Positions 8,796 to 19,405 of a DNA stretch of 64,000 nucleotides are shown piece by piece. The DNA comes from Planctomycetota bacterium (GTDB lineage Bacteria > Planctomycetota > SZUA-567 > H5-PLA8). The stretch lies in NCBI GenBank assembly GCA_038227875.1, contig JBBRPR010000018.1, forward strand, positions 82,106 to 146,105, in the 5' to 3' direction. A program made the position numbers and the translations under genes. Each line of letters starts with the position of its first letter. Positions within the stretch are counted from its first letter, which is position 1. Below the pieces are notes generated by a model. It had not been told where the DNA came from. It made no database searches and saw only the letters and a program-made list of their open reading frames with translations.

Positions 8796-11700
8796 TTACT
8801 GCCCTGCACTCTTAATGAAAACGTCACCACCGTTTTTACCGGTCGACTTCGTCACGGTGAAGCGTGTTGTTGCGGTGATCGTACTGCCACTGTCTGGCGT
8901 AATCGTGAAGCCGAGAACGAGCGTTTGCGACAGCAACGTCGGATCCAGTCCCACCACGCCGTTATCCAGCGCGAAAGACTTGAACGAGAAGCCACCGGCA
9001 CCATTGGTCCACGTCAACGATTCCACGCCCGTCGTGCCCAGACCCTTCGAGCGCTTGAACGTGAAGACATTACCCTTGACCTTGAACGTCGGCGTGTTGG
9101 TAAAGTTCAACGCTTCCGAGAAGCCCACTCCAGCGGGATTGGACTGTGACGCCAGCGAGATAACCACATCCGATGTCGGGCTCGGGCGGAAGTCATCGCC
9201 ACCCGGCCGAATCAGCAAACCGGCAACATTGACGAAGAGGTCCTTGCCCTGCAGCGTGAGCACGGCATTGGTGAGAATGAATCCACCGGTGATGAACTCT
9301 TCCTTGGCCACTGGCGCTCCGACCTTGGGGGGCAGCAGTGCATTCTTGTTACCGTTCTTGTCCGTGGCATGACCGCGGACCTTGCCGATGAATTCAAAGG
9401 CATGACCGAGTGTGTAGAGTCCTGCACCCTTTCCGCCCACGAAGCCGGCCGGAACCGTCAACGTTCCGGAAGAGGTGCTCGTGCCGATGCCCGTGGACGT
9501 GTTCGTTGAGGTCGGGGCGCGATTGGGCAGTGTGGAGTTCAGGAAACGCGACGTGTAGGCATGCGTGACAACCACCGGCGGAGACGAGACGAGATCCTGA
9601 ATCTCCACATGGTAGGCCGTGGCAATGCGGCGAGCCGTGGCCTGGGACTGATTCTTGGCGTTCAGATTCGAGCTCTGATTGGCGCCATTCAAGCCCGGCA
9701 GCCCCAGCGAGCCGGACAGATTCTTCTTCACATTCATGGAGAACGTGCCTGCCGGCAGGTTCAGTTTGAAGTTACCCACATTGCCCGTTGCGGCGTCGCC
9801 CTGTGTGGCAGCTCCGCTTTCATCCAGCGTACCCACGAAGACCGGATCAACGCCGTTGACCACCACGCGGACAGGGTGACCGGCAACATCGGAAAGCGTC
9901 ACGCCCGGCATGTTCAGCAAACCACTGCAGTTCAACGTATCATTGTCTGGATTGCGCGGCGTAGTCGTGTCATTGGGAGCATTCAGCGGCAGCTTGCCGG
10001 TCCAATCGATATTGAAGGCCGACTTCGTCACGATCATCACGTCTTGGACAGACTGGTTCGGATCTGTGACAAAGGTGAAGACTGTGCCCACGCCTGAAGT
10101 GCCAAGCCCGGAGCCCACGTCCAACGCGGTGTAGGTGACCGTGGTTTTATACAGCCCCGCCAGGTCGAAGCGATAGTGAGCAATGCTGGAGTTGAAACCC
10201 GAGCCTGTGATCGGCCCCGGCTGTCCCGCCAGCGTCGCCACCGTCGTGAACTGACCGGGCTCGTTGTTGTAACCCAGCTGATCAATCTGCCACGTCGAAC
10301 CCGTGAGTGACAAATTCGGGTCAACCGGCGTGCGTGCTTCGAAATCCACTTCCAGGGGCGCCGGTCCGCCTTGCGGCGTAGCGGAGACCACGACAGTCGG
10401 AACTTCGCAGACCTGAACCGTCAGCGTACCACCATAAGGTGTGACGTTTCCAAACTGGTCCTGAATCTGCAGCTGCACACTAAAGACACCTTCCGATGAG
10501 AACGTATGGCAGGTGTTTGCCGTAAACGCTTCACCACCCTGGCCGCCCGGGACGCCGGTGGGCTGAGGATTGTCGTCGAACGTCCAGTGGAATCCGAATC
10601 CGGGTGGAACAGGACTCTGATTATTCACCTTTAAGCAGTCTGGAATACGCGTATCGATCTGAGCCTGGAAGCAGACGGTCAACGGAGCGCATCCACTGAG
10701 CGCGCTATTCAGAACGCGGATCTTCGAAATCGGCGAGAGCTGGAACGTCAACGACGTACCCGGCTGAATCGTCGTGTTCGAGCCGCTGGAATTGGTCGGA
10801 TTGTTGGGATTCAACTGCGGATTGTTATTCACCTGATTGGGATCGACGTTGAAGTTCGTATTCTGATTGTTGCCCGACTGCGTCTGTCCATTGATCGACG
10901 AGTTGTAGCAATACTGGATACCCACGGAGCCGGAGGGATCCTGGATGCCAACGCTGGCCAAGCCCAAATCCGTGTCGCCCTGCTGACCAATGATGAAGGT
11001 GATCTGGCTATCGCACTCATGAAGGATCAGATTGAAGCTGATCACCTGGTTGGCATCGGACGAGCGGGTATAGCTCATGCGGTGCCATTCGATGTTCAGA
11101 TTGCGGCTCGGAGCCACGCCGTCCACATAGTAGTAGATGCCTGATGCGTCGCTGTTTCCGGTGGATCCCTGTCCGGCATTCGTCACCGTGCCGCTCAGGT
11201 CGTGGAACTTCAGGTCGGCCCAGTAAGGGGCAAAGTACACGTCCGGGTCCGGCGGAGCAGGAATCGCTTTGTTCGGAACATCGAAACAGGGCGAATCGTT
11301 CGGGTCGAGCGGATCGTACTTTGGGAACGGCGGATCGAAACCAGCCCAACCGTCCAAATGCACAAAGAGGAAGGAACCGGCGGGATAGGTCGTGCCGTAG
11401 TAGGTAAAGTTGAAGGGCATCGCAATGTGGCCGTAGGACTGATTCTGCTTCGTCGGATCGGTACCGCAGTTGTCTTCAATCGGCATGCGCGTGCCACCGG
11501 AGTGAGCCGGAACCAGCGGCGCCGTGCCCAACGCGCCGATGTAGATCGGCGGACTGCCGTCGGCCAAACCAAACGCACCCAGATTCGGATCGATCGTCAC
11601 GGGGTATGCGCGCTTGTTGCTCGTCAGCCACTTGCCGGAGGTCGCAATTCCCAGCTTCACGCCATCCTTGGTGAAGTCGACGATGTACTGACAGGAGGAC

Positions 11701-12512
11701 TGACGATCGCTCATCTCGGCACCGGCCTGCTTGCGCTTGTCAAAGCGACCGTCCAGCGTGGTTACCGAAGAGTCATACGCAAAAGGCTGGCGCAGGACGA
11801 AGACCGTGTTGTTGAATTTGTTCTTCAGTTCAATGCGGTGAGTGGTGACGTAGTGATTGGTGATCTGCTTGCCATTGTCCCACAGCGTCAGGTCGCCGAT
11901 CTGCAACAGGCCTGTGTAAACCAGCGTGTCGGCGCTCTCGAGATGCAGCGGAGCCTGCTGAAGGACGATGTCGTGTTCGATGCCGCCGTCCTGGCGAATG
12001 TAGAAGCGTTCGTCGGTTCCGGCATACGTGTTGGTGAAAGCAAAGCGATTGTCGTGGCCTTCCTTGTCCAGCTTGCCGACGCAGTCGTTGGCGCCGTAGG
12101 CGTGGAGCACCGCGTCGCCGCGGCGAATTTCCTGGCTCTGCGGCAGCCACTGGACGCTGGCGTTGAACTGCAGCGGGTACGTGGACTTCATGCCTTCCGC
12201 ATAGCGGGTCGCCACGCGATGGACCAGCGTGTCGTTCTTGTTCTCGACGCCGCCGTCGGCAAGTTTCAAAGTTGTCTTCTCGCCGAGTTGCTCGACGAGC
12301 TTATCAAAGGCATCCGACCGTGACTTCTGGTCGGAGCTGCTGGACGCAGGCGAAGACACAGCCATCGCGCTCGCGTCAGTACCTGACGTGGCCCGCGAGG
12401 TTGAGGAAAAGGACTTCGTTCCATCTGCGTTGGCTGTTTTGAAGACAACACGCCCCAAACCGAGGGCTGCGCAAAACGCGATGAGTGAAGCCAAGATGAC
12501 CTTACGATCCAT
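8796..12512 (-). CDS. Large secreted/surface protein (about 1238 aa) with YPVTIDP-ending N-domain, nidogen-like domain and PKD domains
   Basis: N-terminal hydrophobic signal after SD ggagg; KRAYPVTIDP; MPFNFTYYG...APYWADL; PKD motifs GCAPLTVCF...WTFDD and GPAPLEVDF. Confidence 0.8.
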   Translation of the reverse strand: MDRKVILASLIAFCAALGLGRVVFKTANADGTKSFSSTSRATSGTDASAMAVSSPASSSSDQKSRSDAFDKLVEQLGEKTTLKLADGGVENKNDTLVHRVATRYAEGMKSTYPLQFNASVQWLPQSQEIRRGDAVLHAYGANDCVGKLDKEGHDNRFAFTNTYAGTDERFYIRQDGGIEHDIVLQQAPLHLESADTLVYTGLLQIGDLTLWDNGKQITNHYVTTHRIELKNKFNNTVFVLRQPFAYDSSVTTLDGRFDKRKQAGAEMSDRQSSCQYIVDFTKDGVKLGIATSGKWLTSNKRAYPVTIDPNLGAFGLADGSPPIYIGALGTAPLVPAHSGGTRMPIEDNCGTDPTKQNQSYGHIAMPFNFTYYGTTYPAGSFLFVHLDGWAGFDPPFPKYDPLDPNDSPCFDVPNKAIPAPPDPDVYFAPYWADLKFHDLSGTVTNAGQGSTGNSDASGIYYYVDGVAPSRNLNIEWHRMSYTRSSDANQVISFNLILHECDSQITFIIGQQGDTDLGLASVGIQDPSGSVGIQYCYNSSINGQTQSGNNQNTNFNVDPNQVNNNPQLNPNNPTNSSGSNTTIQPGTSLTFQLSPISKIRVLNSALSGCAPLTVCFQAQIDTRIPDCLKVNNQSPVPPGFGFHWTFDDNPQPTGVPGGQGGEAFTANTCHTFSSEGVFSVQLQIQDQFGNVTPYGGTLTVQVCEVPTVVVSATPQGGPAPLEVDFEARTPVDPNLSLTGSTWQIDQLGYNNEPGQFTTVATLAGQPGPITGSGFNSSIAHYRFDLAGLYKTTVTYTALDVGSGLGTSGVGTVFTFVTDPNQSVQDVMIVTKSAFNIDWTGKLPLNAPNDTTTPRNPDNDTLNCSGLLNMPGVTLSDVAGHPVRVVVNGVDPVFVGTLDESGAATQGDAATGNVGNFKLNLPAGTFSMNVKKNLSGSLGLPGLNGANQSSNLNAKNQSQATARRIATAYHVEIQDLVSSPPVVVTHAYTSRFLNSTLPNRAPTSTNTSTGIGTSTSSGTLTVPAGFVGGKGAGLYTLGHAFEFIGKVRGHATDKNGNKNALLPPKVGAPVAKEEFITGGFILTNAVLTLQGKDLFVNVAGLLIRPGGDDFRPSPTSDVVISLASQSNPAGVGFSEALNFTNTPTFKVKGNVFTFKRSKGLGTTGVESLTWTNGAGGFSFKSFALDNGVVGLDPTLLSQTLVLGFTITPDSGSTITATTRFTVTKSTGKNGGDVFIKSAGQ

Positions 12513-12802
12513 TGAGTATTTCCTCCGCCAGACCCCGTCTCCTGCGAAACGTGCAGGCAACTTGCACACACGACGCGGACCGGCCCTAAAAACTGCGTCG
12601 AAATCAACAAATCTTTGTAATGTATGTACCCTAATTATGTCTAAATCTGCTTTCCCTTCAACAGCAAAAAAGCACAAGGGAAACTAATTCGCAGACCCAC
12701 TTAGCAAGTGCCACCTAATGTGCCTAACGGTTACTGAAAAAACAGCAGGCGTGGTGACTATTCCAGCAGTATCATTCATGCACCATGTGTAGTCTAAAAA
12801 CA

Positions 12803-12834
12803 ACATCGGCATGAACGTCTGTTCATGCCGATGT
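12803..12834 (-). terminator. Intrinsic terminator of the PhyH-family gene
   Basis: Perfect 14-bp stem ACATCGGCATGAAC/GTTCATGCCGATGT with minus-strand T-rich tail. Confidence 0.75.
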
Positions 12835-12856
12835 AACTCATGATTTATAAACATGT

Positions 12857-13624
12857 TCAGTCACGCCGTAAGACTTCGCGGCAGTGCGTTTCGTCGTCGC
12901 CGGTGACCGTGTACGCCACCGTGTTCGCACGCCGATCCTGATTTGATCGGTTGCCATCCGAGCCGTGAATCACCAACGAGCCGAAAAATATGCAGTCTCC
13001 GGGCGCCATTGAAACTGGCACTGCTCCCTCGCGCGGTGCAAAATATCCTGGCAAAAATACGCCAAACGAGACGCCGTCTTTCCGATCGTGGGTCTGCAAG
13101 CCGCCTTTATGCGTTCCTGGTACGAATTGAATGCAACCGTTTTCCAGCGTCGCGGGGTCGATCGCCAACATGCAGTTCAGCTGCACAGGACGGTTCGTGC
13201 CACGCTTCCAGTAGGCATAATCCTGATGCCACGGAGTGACCGTGCCGTCTTTGGCGGCTTTCATCAGCAGCTTGCTATGAAAAAGCGAGATTTTGGGCCC
13301 GATCAACGCGGCCACAATGTCCAAAACTTCCTTCGAGCGAAGCACTGTGTTCAGACCCGGGCTGACTTTTTCTGAATGCATCAACTGCTTGATCAACTTC
13401 GGCTGACCTTCGACCTGTTTCTCCCAGGAAACGTGTACGCCTTCGGGCGTGTGCTGAGCCATACGTTCATGCAGGGAATCGATTTCAGTCGCGATCTGCT
13501 TCACCATCTCCGGCGAAATCAGGCCGCGTTTCAAAATAAATCCGTCGCGTTCGAACTGTTTGATTTCTTCTTCGCTCAACACCGACGTGCACGTTACGGC
13601 GGGAAGGGTTGAAACACTGGTCAC
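12857..13624 (-). CDS. Phytanoyl-CoA dioxygenase (PhyH) family Fe(II)/2OG dioxygenase
   Basis: FERDGF, TPWHQD, ENGCIQFVPGTH, IHGSDGNRS...RR. Confidence 0.92.
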   Translation of the reverse strand: MTSVSTLPAVTCTSVLSEEEIKQFERDGFILKRGLISPEMVKQIATEIDSLHERMAQHTPEGVHVSWEKQVEGQPKLIKQLMHSEKVSPGLNTVLRSKEVLDIVAALIGPKISLFHSKLLMKAAKDGTVTPWHQDYAYWKRGTNRPVQLNCMLAIDPATLENGCIQFVPGTHKGGLQTHDRKDGVSFGVFLPGYFAPREGAVPVSMAPGDCIFFGSLVIHGSDGNRSNQDRRANTVAYTVTGDDETHCREVLRRD

Positions 13625-13751
13625 GGGTATTATCCTCCGGATTTAACATGAGTTAGTTTACGTATCTTGCTCAACCGATGTATAATAACCCACGGAATGT
13701 CTAGGACATCAGGAGGCTTTTGCTAAAAACTTGGATAAAATTGCTCGAAAT

Positions 13752-14633
13752 ATGAAACTCTCCCCCGATTCTTTCCCGACCGTGGTGTTGCGCCGCGCCG
13801 CAGGCTTTTCCAGCGAACGTTCGCGGGCGCTCTGGTGGCATGTCCACGACCTGGCGCATCAGACCTGCGGCAGCGATTGGGGCTGCAGCCGAAAATTCTA
13901 TCCCGGGCATCAGATCATGTTCATGCTCACCGGCCGTGGGCACGGCACGTATGGCTCGTCAACCTGGACGGCAAAAATGCAGGACGCAGTACTGATGGAC
14001 CTGCGGACGCCACACACTTACTACTCCGATCCCACCGACCCGTGGGAAATGCTGTGGATTCGTTTTGATGGTCCTGGCCTCTCCGAAATTTTCAGCCGCC
14101 TGATCGAAGCAGCCGGATCGCCAGTGATTCCGTTTGCATCGCTGCCGCGCGTGAACGCGGATTTCGATGCCATCTTCACACTGCTTTCGGATCATCCACC
14201 CGGTTACGACACATGGGCCTGGCATCATCTCACCGGCTTGATGGCCAACGTGACGGAGGGCTTGCAGCGCAAGGACACGGTCGCCGGTGCCACACTGCAG
14301 GAAACTCCCGGCGGCATCGCGGCGGCGCTGGCGTTACTGCGTTCCGAACACACGCGGACTCTTTCGCTCGCGGAACTGGCGCACGCCGCACACATGAGCC
14401 ATTTTCATTTCACGCGGCGCTTCAAGCAGTCCACGGGGTTCACGCCGATGGAATATTTGGAGAAGTTCCGCATCAGCCGTGCGCAGGAATTGATCCTGTC
14501 CAATCCGGGGATGAGTTTTAAAGAGATCGCGCAGGCGTCGGGCTTCAGCGATCCGGCATACTTCAGCCGCATCTTCAGCAAGCGCATCGGCGTGTCACCG
14601 CGCGAATACCGGCGCAATCTCGGAAAAGTCTAA
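13752..14633 (+). CDS. AraC-family transcriptional regulator, divergent from the PhyH gene
   Basis: Cupin N-domain plus C-terminal HTH (EIAQASGFSDPAYFSRIFSKRIGVSPREYR); alternative TTG start at 13731. Confidence 0.92.
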   Translation: MKLSPDSFPTVVLRRAAGFSSERSRALWWHVHDLAHQTCGSDWGCSRKFYPGHQIMFMLTGRGHGTYGSSTWTAKMQDAVLMDLRTPHTYYSDPTDPWEMLWIRFDGPGLSEIFSRLIEAAGSPVIPFASLPRVNADFDAIFTLLSDHPPGYDTWAWHHLTGLMANVTEGLQRKDTVAGATLQETPGGIAAALALLRSEHTRTLSLAELAHAAHMSHFHFTRRFKQSTGFTPMEYLEKFRISRAQELILSNPGMSFKEIAQASGFSDPAYFSRIFSKRIGVSPREYRRNLGKV

Positions 14634-14641
14634 ATCCCCTT

Positions 14642-15415
14642 TCAGGGCGTGAACGCGCGGAAGCCGCGTGAATCGTCGACGAATCCCCCGGCCTTTTCGC
14701 ACCAGGGCTGGAGCACGATAAAGCGATAGCCGGCGCCGAGGTCCTCGCTGCATGGACGGTGGGTGTGGCCGCAGAGGAGCAACCGCGACTTCGTCTGCTC
14801 CAGTCGCTTGCGGGCGGCTTCGTGATTGATGTCGACTTCCCGCGCCGACTTGGTGGCTTTGTCCGCATTCGAGCGGGCGCGGATTTTGTCAATCGTGCGC
14901 CGCGCCATCGACCAGGGCATCAGAAAAAAGAGGATCCGCATCGGTGCGCTGCGAATGAGGCTTCGAAAACGCAGGTAGCGCCGGTCGTCGGTGCAGAGCA
15001 GGTCGCCATGTTCCATCCACAGCGGGCGGTGATCGTGGAGTATGATCTGCTGGCCGTCGCCCAGCACCGTCGCACCGAAACGCCGGTTGACGTACTTTCC
15101 GTATGCAAAATCCCGATTGCCGAAAAAGAGGAAGATTTTGACGCCGGCTTCCCAAGCCGAACTCAGTGCGCGCAAGTCGGCGGCATAGAGTTCGAACAAC
15201 TGCGAACGGTATTCGTACCAGAACTCGAAAAGATCGCCGAGTATGTACAACTCCACCGGGCGCGCTTTCGCTTCTTCGCCCAATCGCGCGAGGAAGGCGC
15301 GAAACGCGAGTGCGCGCTCGTTATCGCGGCCATCGAGATGCAGGTCGGCGATGAAGTAGCGCACCGAAGTATTCGGATCGGTCATCGGAATCGGATTGGG
15401 CGGCAGCGCGGCCAT
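14642..15415 (-). CDS. lpxH: UDP-2,3-diacylglucosamine diphosphatase
   Basis: FIADLHL, LYILGDLFEFW, GNRDF, HGDLLCTDDRRY, GHTHRP; alternative start 15385. Confidence 0.88.
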   Translation of the reverse strand: MAALPPNPIPMTDPNTSVRYFIADLHLDGRDNERALAFRAFLARLGEEAKARPVELYILGDLFEFWYEYRSQLFELYAADLRALSSAWEAGVKIFLFFGNRDFAYGKYVNRRFGATVLGDGQQIILHDHRPLWMEHGDLLCTDDRRYLRFRSLIRSAPMRILFFLMPWSMARRTIDKIRARSNADKATKSAREVDINHEAARKRLEQTKSRLLLCGHTHRPCSEDLGAGYRFIVLQPWCEKAGGFVDDSRGFRAFTP

Positions 15416-15419
15416 GGAG

Positions 15420-16118
15420 TTATCCGAAGTCCAGTTGACCCTGAATGATCTGCGGCTCCAGCTTTACCTGCGCCACGCATTCGGGATCGTTGTTCTTCAC
15501 ATCGTTGACGCGCCGGTTGACCGGCACAGCCTCCATCTTATCAGCAGGATACGGAACCATCAGCGCGTTCAACTTTTCCTTATCGCAGCTGGGGTTCAAC
15601 CAGGCGTCGAGACTCTCCCGGGGGATGATCACGGGCATGCGATCATGGAGCGGCGCGACGAGCGGATTGGCGCTGGTCGTGAGAATGACGCAAGTCTCCT
15701 GAGGGTTGCCCGGGTCGGTTTCACAACGCTCCCAGAGCGCCCCGAGCACGAACGGCTTGTGGTCTTTCATGCCGAACAGGTACGGCTGGCGCGCCTTCCC
15801 GATTTTCTTCCATTCAAAGAAGCCATCGACCGGAATCAGCGCGCGACGGAGTTTAAACGCATTGCGGAATGTGGTCTTGCTGGCCACCGTTTCGCTGCGC
15901 GCGTTGATGATGGGATGAAACGGCGGGTGCGACCATTCGGGAATGAAACCCCAGCGCACGGAGGCGATTTCCATCCCGCCGTCCGGCTTGGGGCGGAGCA
16001 GTTCGATGAGTTGTGTGGGCGCCACGTTGTAGCGCGGGTCGCGCGGGGGCCAGGCGGAGAGCGCGTACTCTTCCGCGAGGCGTTCACCGGAGGTGGTCAG
16101 GGTTACTCGACCGCACAT
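15420..16118 (-). CDS. SOS response-associated peptidase (SRAP/YedK/HMCES family), abasic-site protecting protein
   Basis: N-terminal MCGR, YNVAPTQ, INARSET, GFFEW, HDRMPVI. Confidence 0.95.
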   Translation of the reverse strand: MCGRVTLTTSGERLAEEYALSAWPPRDPRYNVAPTQLIELLRPKPDGGMEIASVRWGFIPEWSHPPFHPIINARSETVASKTTFRNAFKLRRALIPVDGFFEWKKIGKARQPYLFGMKDHKPFVLGALWERCETDPGNPQETCVILTTSANPLVAPLHDRMPVIIPRESLDAWLNPSCDKEKLNALMVPYPADKMEAVPVNRRVNDVKNNDPECVAQVKLEPQIIQGQLDFG

Positions 16119-16159
16119 ACGATTATTTTGGCCGCGGGACGCGATTTTGACACTGAATT

Positions 16160-18136
16160 TCAGCGATCAGACGAGACCGCTTCCTTGCCCGAACGACCCC
16201 ACGTGTGAACCATGTCGGCGGCGACGGCGGCAGACTCGGTGATCTGCGGATCCTTCTCGTCCTTTTCCGGGTCGGGCGGCGGTGGCGCGTCATCGGGGTT
16301 CAGCGGATGCTTCGCCGCGGCCGCGACACGCTTTTTCTTTACGTCGAAGGCGTCCTTCCATTCCGGATTGGCGGCGACCCGCTCTTTGGATCGCGCCTGC
16401 AGATCCGCGAGATTTCGCGTCTTCCATTCCACGCGGCCTTTGTAATCGCCGCCTCTGGACTTCAAGTGGGCGTCCATCTTGGCCCATGGCAGCGCGTTCT
16501 CGTTGCCCATTTCCAGCGCGTCCTTTTCCAGCTTCGGGCCAGGGATGACGACATCGGGAGGCACGCCCTTCATCTGCACCGACGCGCCGGCGGGAAGAAA
16601 ATACTGGTGCGTCGTGATCTTGATTTCGCCCGGCGTGTTGTAAGTGCTGAGCTGGACTACGCGCTGCACGGTTCCTTTGCCATACGTCTGCGTTGCCGCG
16701 ACCACCAGGGCACGGGCATGATCCTGCAGCGCACCAGCGACGATCTCGGAGGCACTGGCGGAAAACTGATTGGTCAGCACCACCAGCGGGCCAGTGTAAA
16801 ACGCACTGTCAGGAGAATCCTTCCAATCGCTTTTGTTATCCGCGTCGCGTTCGCCCACGATCGTGGCGTGGTCCAGAAACAATCCCGCCACGCCGATCGC
16901 TTCATCCAGGTAGCCGCCGTGATTGCCGCGCAGATCGAGCACGATGCCATCGAGCGCATGCGCCGCACCGAGTTCGCGGATGCGGTCGCGAACATCGTTG
17001 TGCACGCCGCGGTAAAAGGTCTGCACGGAGACAATGCCAATGGTCGAGTTGTTGACCTCCACGGTCTTGCCTTTGACGCGCAGACTCGCCAGCTCAACTG
17101 TGTCGCGCCGGATGCGTACATCTTCCACTTTGTGGTTCGCGCGGCGCAGGACGCTCAGGCGGACTTCAGCGCCCTTTTCGCCCTTGATGCGTTTAACGCA
17201 CTTGCTCATGGGCAGACCGGAGAGCACAAAGCCGTCGACGGCAGTGATCTGATCGCCCGGAGCCAACGCGCCGTTTTTTTCCGACGGACCGCCCTTGATG
17301 ATTTCCTCGATGTACACGCCCAGCGGACACGGCCGGATCTGCACGCCGATCCCGGCGAAGTTGCGCTCCAGCCGCCCGGTGAATTCCTCTTCGTCGTCGT
17401 CGAAATAATCCGTGTGCGGATCCATCGCGTTCATGAAGCTCTTCAGGAACAGCTTCGGCACTTCGATGTCACGCTCCGCCTTGCTCATGTCGAGCCACTT
17501 CGTACGATCGCGACGCAACGTCTGCAGCGCCAGGGTTACGGCTTCACTTTCGCTCAGGTACGCGCGGTCCAGTTCGATCGCGTTGCGCAAGCGGCGGTTC
17601 AGGCGCTCCTCACGGGCGGCTTGATTCTCGGCGTACGTCTGCCAATCCATCTTGTCTTCGTCGTCCACGGGGGTGGCGGTGGCGGGAGCGTTTTTGGGAT
17701 CGGAAGTCTCGGTTGGCGGCGTCTGTGCCGAAGCCTTGATTTGCGCCACGCGATTTTCCAATCCCTCGTACAGGGCTTGATCGCGGGTAATTTGTTTGTC
17801 GATAAACGCCGCCAGGGTCGCCCGGAAGAAAGAGAGGTCGCCTTCAACGGACTGCCGCTGCAAGCGGGACAGATCGTCTTCGGGCAAAGCGACCATCGCG
17901 TCCACTTCGCTCTTAGTAAAGAAGCACTTCATGGGATCGAGCTGCCCTGCGAACTCCTTGAGCACGCGGCGCATAAATGCCGCGTCCATGCCGTGCTGCG
18001 TCAGATGCATTTCGAACAGGCGCGGCATCAGCGCGGCGACCTGCTCGTCAGTCAACTTCTCGCCGGCGTTCAGCCTGCTGAACTGCAATACCAGGCAGAG
18101 CGAGAGCGCGCTGGCGATTATCGCTTTTGACTTCAT
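16160..18136 (-). CDS. S41 family carboxy-terminal processing protease (Prc/Tsp-like) with PDZ domain
   Basis: Signal peptide, DPHTDY, GIGV (PDZ), LDLRGNHGG, SASASEI, TYGKGTVQ. Confidence 0.93.
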   Translation of the reverse strand: MKSKAIIASALSLCLVLQFSRLNAGEKLTDEQVAALMPRLFEMHLTQHGMDAAFMRRVLKEFAGQLDPMKCFFTKSEVDAMVALPEDDLSRLQRQSVEGDLSFFRATLAAFIDKQITRDQALYEGLENRVAQIKASAQTPPTETSDPKNAPATATPVDDEDKMDWQTYAENQAAREERLNRRLRNAIELDRAYLSESEAVTLALQTLRRDRTKWLDMSKAERDIEVPKLFLKSFMNAMDPHTDYFDDDEEEFTGRLERNFAGIGVQIRPCPLGVYIEEIIKGGPSEKNGALAPGDQITAVDGFVLSGLPMSKCVKRIKGEKGAEVRLSVLRRANHKVEDVRIRRDTVELASLRVKGKTVEVNNSTIGIVSVQTFYRGVHNDVRDRIRELGAAHALDGIVLDLRGNHGGYLDEAIGVAGLFLDHATIVGERDADNKSDWKDSPDSAFYTGPLVVLTNQFSASASEIVAGALQDHARALVVAATQTYGKGTVQRVVQLSTYNTPGEIKITTHQYFLPAGASVQMKGVPPDVVIPGPKLEKDALEMGNENALPWAKMDAHLKSRGGDYKGRVEWKTRNLADLQARSKERVAANPEWKDAFDVKKKRVAAAAKHPLNPDDAPPPPDPEKDEKDPQITESAAVAADMVHTWGRSGKEAVSSDR

Positions 18137-18161
18137 CCGCCCCGCCCTCGTCTATGCATCA

Positions 18162-19379
18162 TTATGGAGTGTGCTTTCGGTGCGCGGCTTCCAATGCTGC
18201 GCTCAGTTCGTCCAGGCGCGTATAAAGCCTGCGGAGTTTGCGCTTCGGATGCCGGTTCAAAGCGTACGCGGTCAGCATCGGCAACGCCACCGACGTATCC
18301 AGGTAGCAAACCACCATATCCGGCAATTTGTTGGGATCCACTTTTCCCCACGTCACTGCTTCTCCAGGCGTCGCACCGGAAAGTCCGCCGGTGTCGGGCC
18401 GCGCGTCGGTAAACTGCAGAAAGTAATCGTGCCCCATCTCGGGAATGCCCAGAATCTCCTGGATCTGAGGCTCGGTTTGCAGCAGGAAATTCTTGGGACT
18501 GCCGCCACCCACGATCAGCGCGCCGTGCGTCCCGGGCCCTTTCCCATGTTTGCGAGCGCCGAGCACAATGGCTGCTGTCTGATTGACGTCGATGGTCGGG
18601 TCGATCTTCAGTTTGTTGCCGCGCATTGCCAACCCGGCGATATTCATGCCAATGGTGCTATCGCCGGGTGACGAGGTGAAGATCGGCACATCGGCGCGGT
18701 ATGCGGCGGCCATGACGCTTGCGCCCCGGATGCCGAGACGATCCTCGTATTCAGCGGCGTAGCGGCCGATCTTCCAATAGAGTTCGGCGGTGCCCATTTC
18801 GTGCTGGAATTCCGGCTGCTTCAACATGTCGCGCAGTACCGCGTCGGTGGCAAGCAGCACATCGTCGTAGTGGAGATAAATGTCATAGATGCGCACGATC
18901 CGGTTGTCACGCAGGATCGTGTCGGGAATCTGCGGGCTGCCGGCGTGGAGCGGCATATTGAAGGCGAAATGGAGATCGTGATAAACATTGGCGCCCGTCG
19001 AGATGATCCAATCGACAAAGCCCGCTTCGATCAGTGGAATCAACGTCGAGCAGCCCAGCCCCGCCGGCGTCATCGCTCCGGACAGCGCCATCCCGACGGT
19101 TGCGTTCGGCGCGAGCATCTTCTTAGTGAACAGTTCGCAGGATTCGCGCAGGCGGCCGGCGTTAAAAGCCAGGAACGCGTTGTCGATCAGCGCTGCGGCC
19201 GTTTCCTTGCCGGTGATCGGATCAGGGCGCATGCGCCGGCCGCGGAGGTATGGGTTCTTGTGATCGCGCAGCCGCGCGCCCTTCATTTTGCGGAACTCAG
19301 TGGACGTGATGCCCGGATTCTTGTCCGAAGCGATGGCCGCTCGCTTCGCGCTGCGTTTGAGGTGACTGCGCGTACCCAT
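18162..19379 (-). CDS. Deoxyhypusine synthase-like protein (probable homospermidine synthase, SpeY-like)
   Basis: [42 protein letters not shown] (catalytic Lys kept); start uncertain. Confidence 0.9.
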   Translation of the reverse strand: MGTRSHLKRSAKRAAIASDKNPGITSTEFRKMKGARLRDHKNPYLRGRRMRPDPITGKETAAALIDNAFLAFNAGRLRESCELFTKKMLAPNATVGMALSGAMTPAGLGCSTLIPLIEAGFVDWIISTGANVYHDLHFAFNMPLHAGSPQIPDTILRDNRIVRIYDIYLHYDDVLLATDAVLRDMLKQPEFQHEMGTAELYWKIGRYAAEYEDRLGIRGASVMAAAYRADVPIFTSSPGDSTIGMNIAGLAMRGNKLKIDPTIDVNQTAAIVLGARKHGKGPGTHGALIVGGGSPKNFLLQTEPQIQEILGIPEMGHDYFLQFTDARPDTGGLSGATPGEAVTWGKVDPNKLPDMVVCYLDTSVALPMLTAYALNRHPKRKLRRLYTRLDELSAALEAAHRKHTP

Positions 19380-19405
19380 TGCGGTAATCTCGATCCGGAA
19401 TTTGT

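Noticed and set aside
16205..18130. 641-aa + strand ORF, and similar long antisense ORFs at 20862-23033, 50984-53140, 5770-6750 and 60137-61573
   Set aside because: They mirror well-supported genes on the opposite strand, as expected in GC-rich DNA, and carry no motifs.
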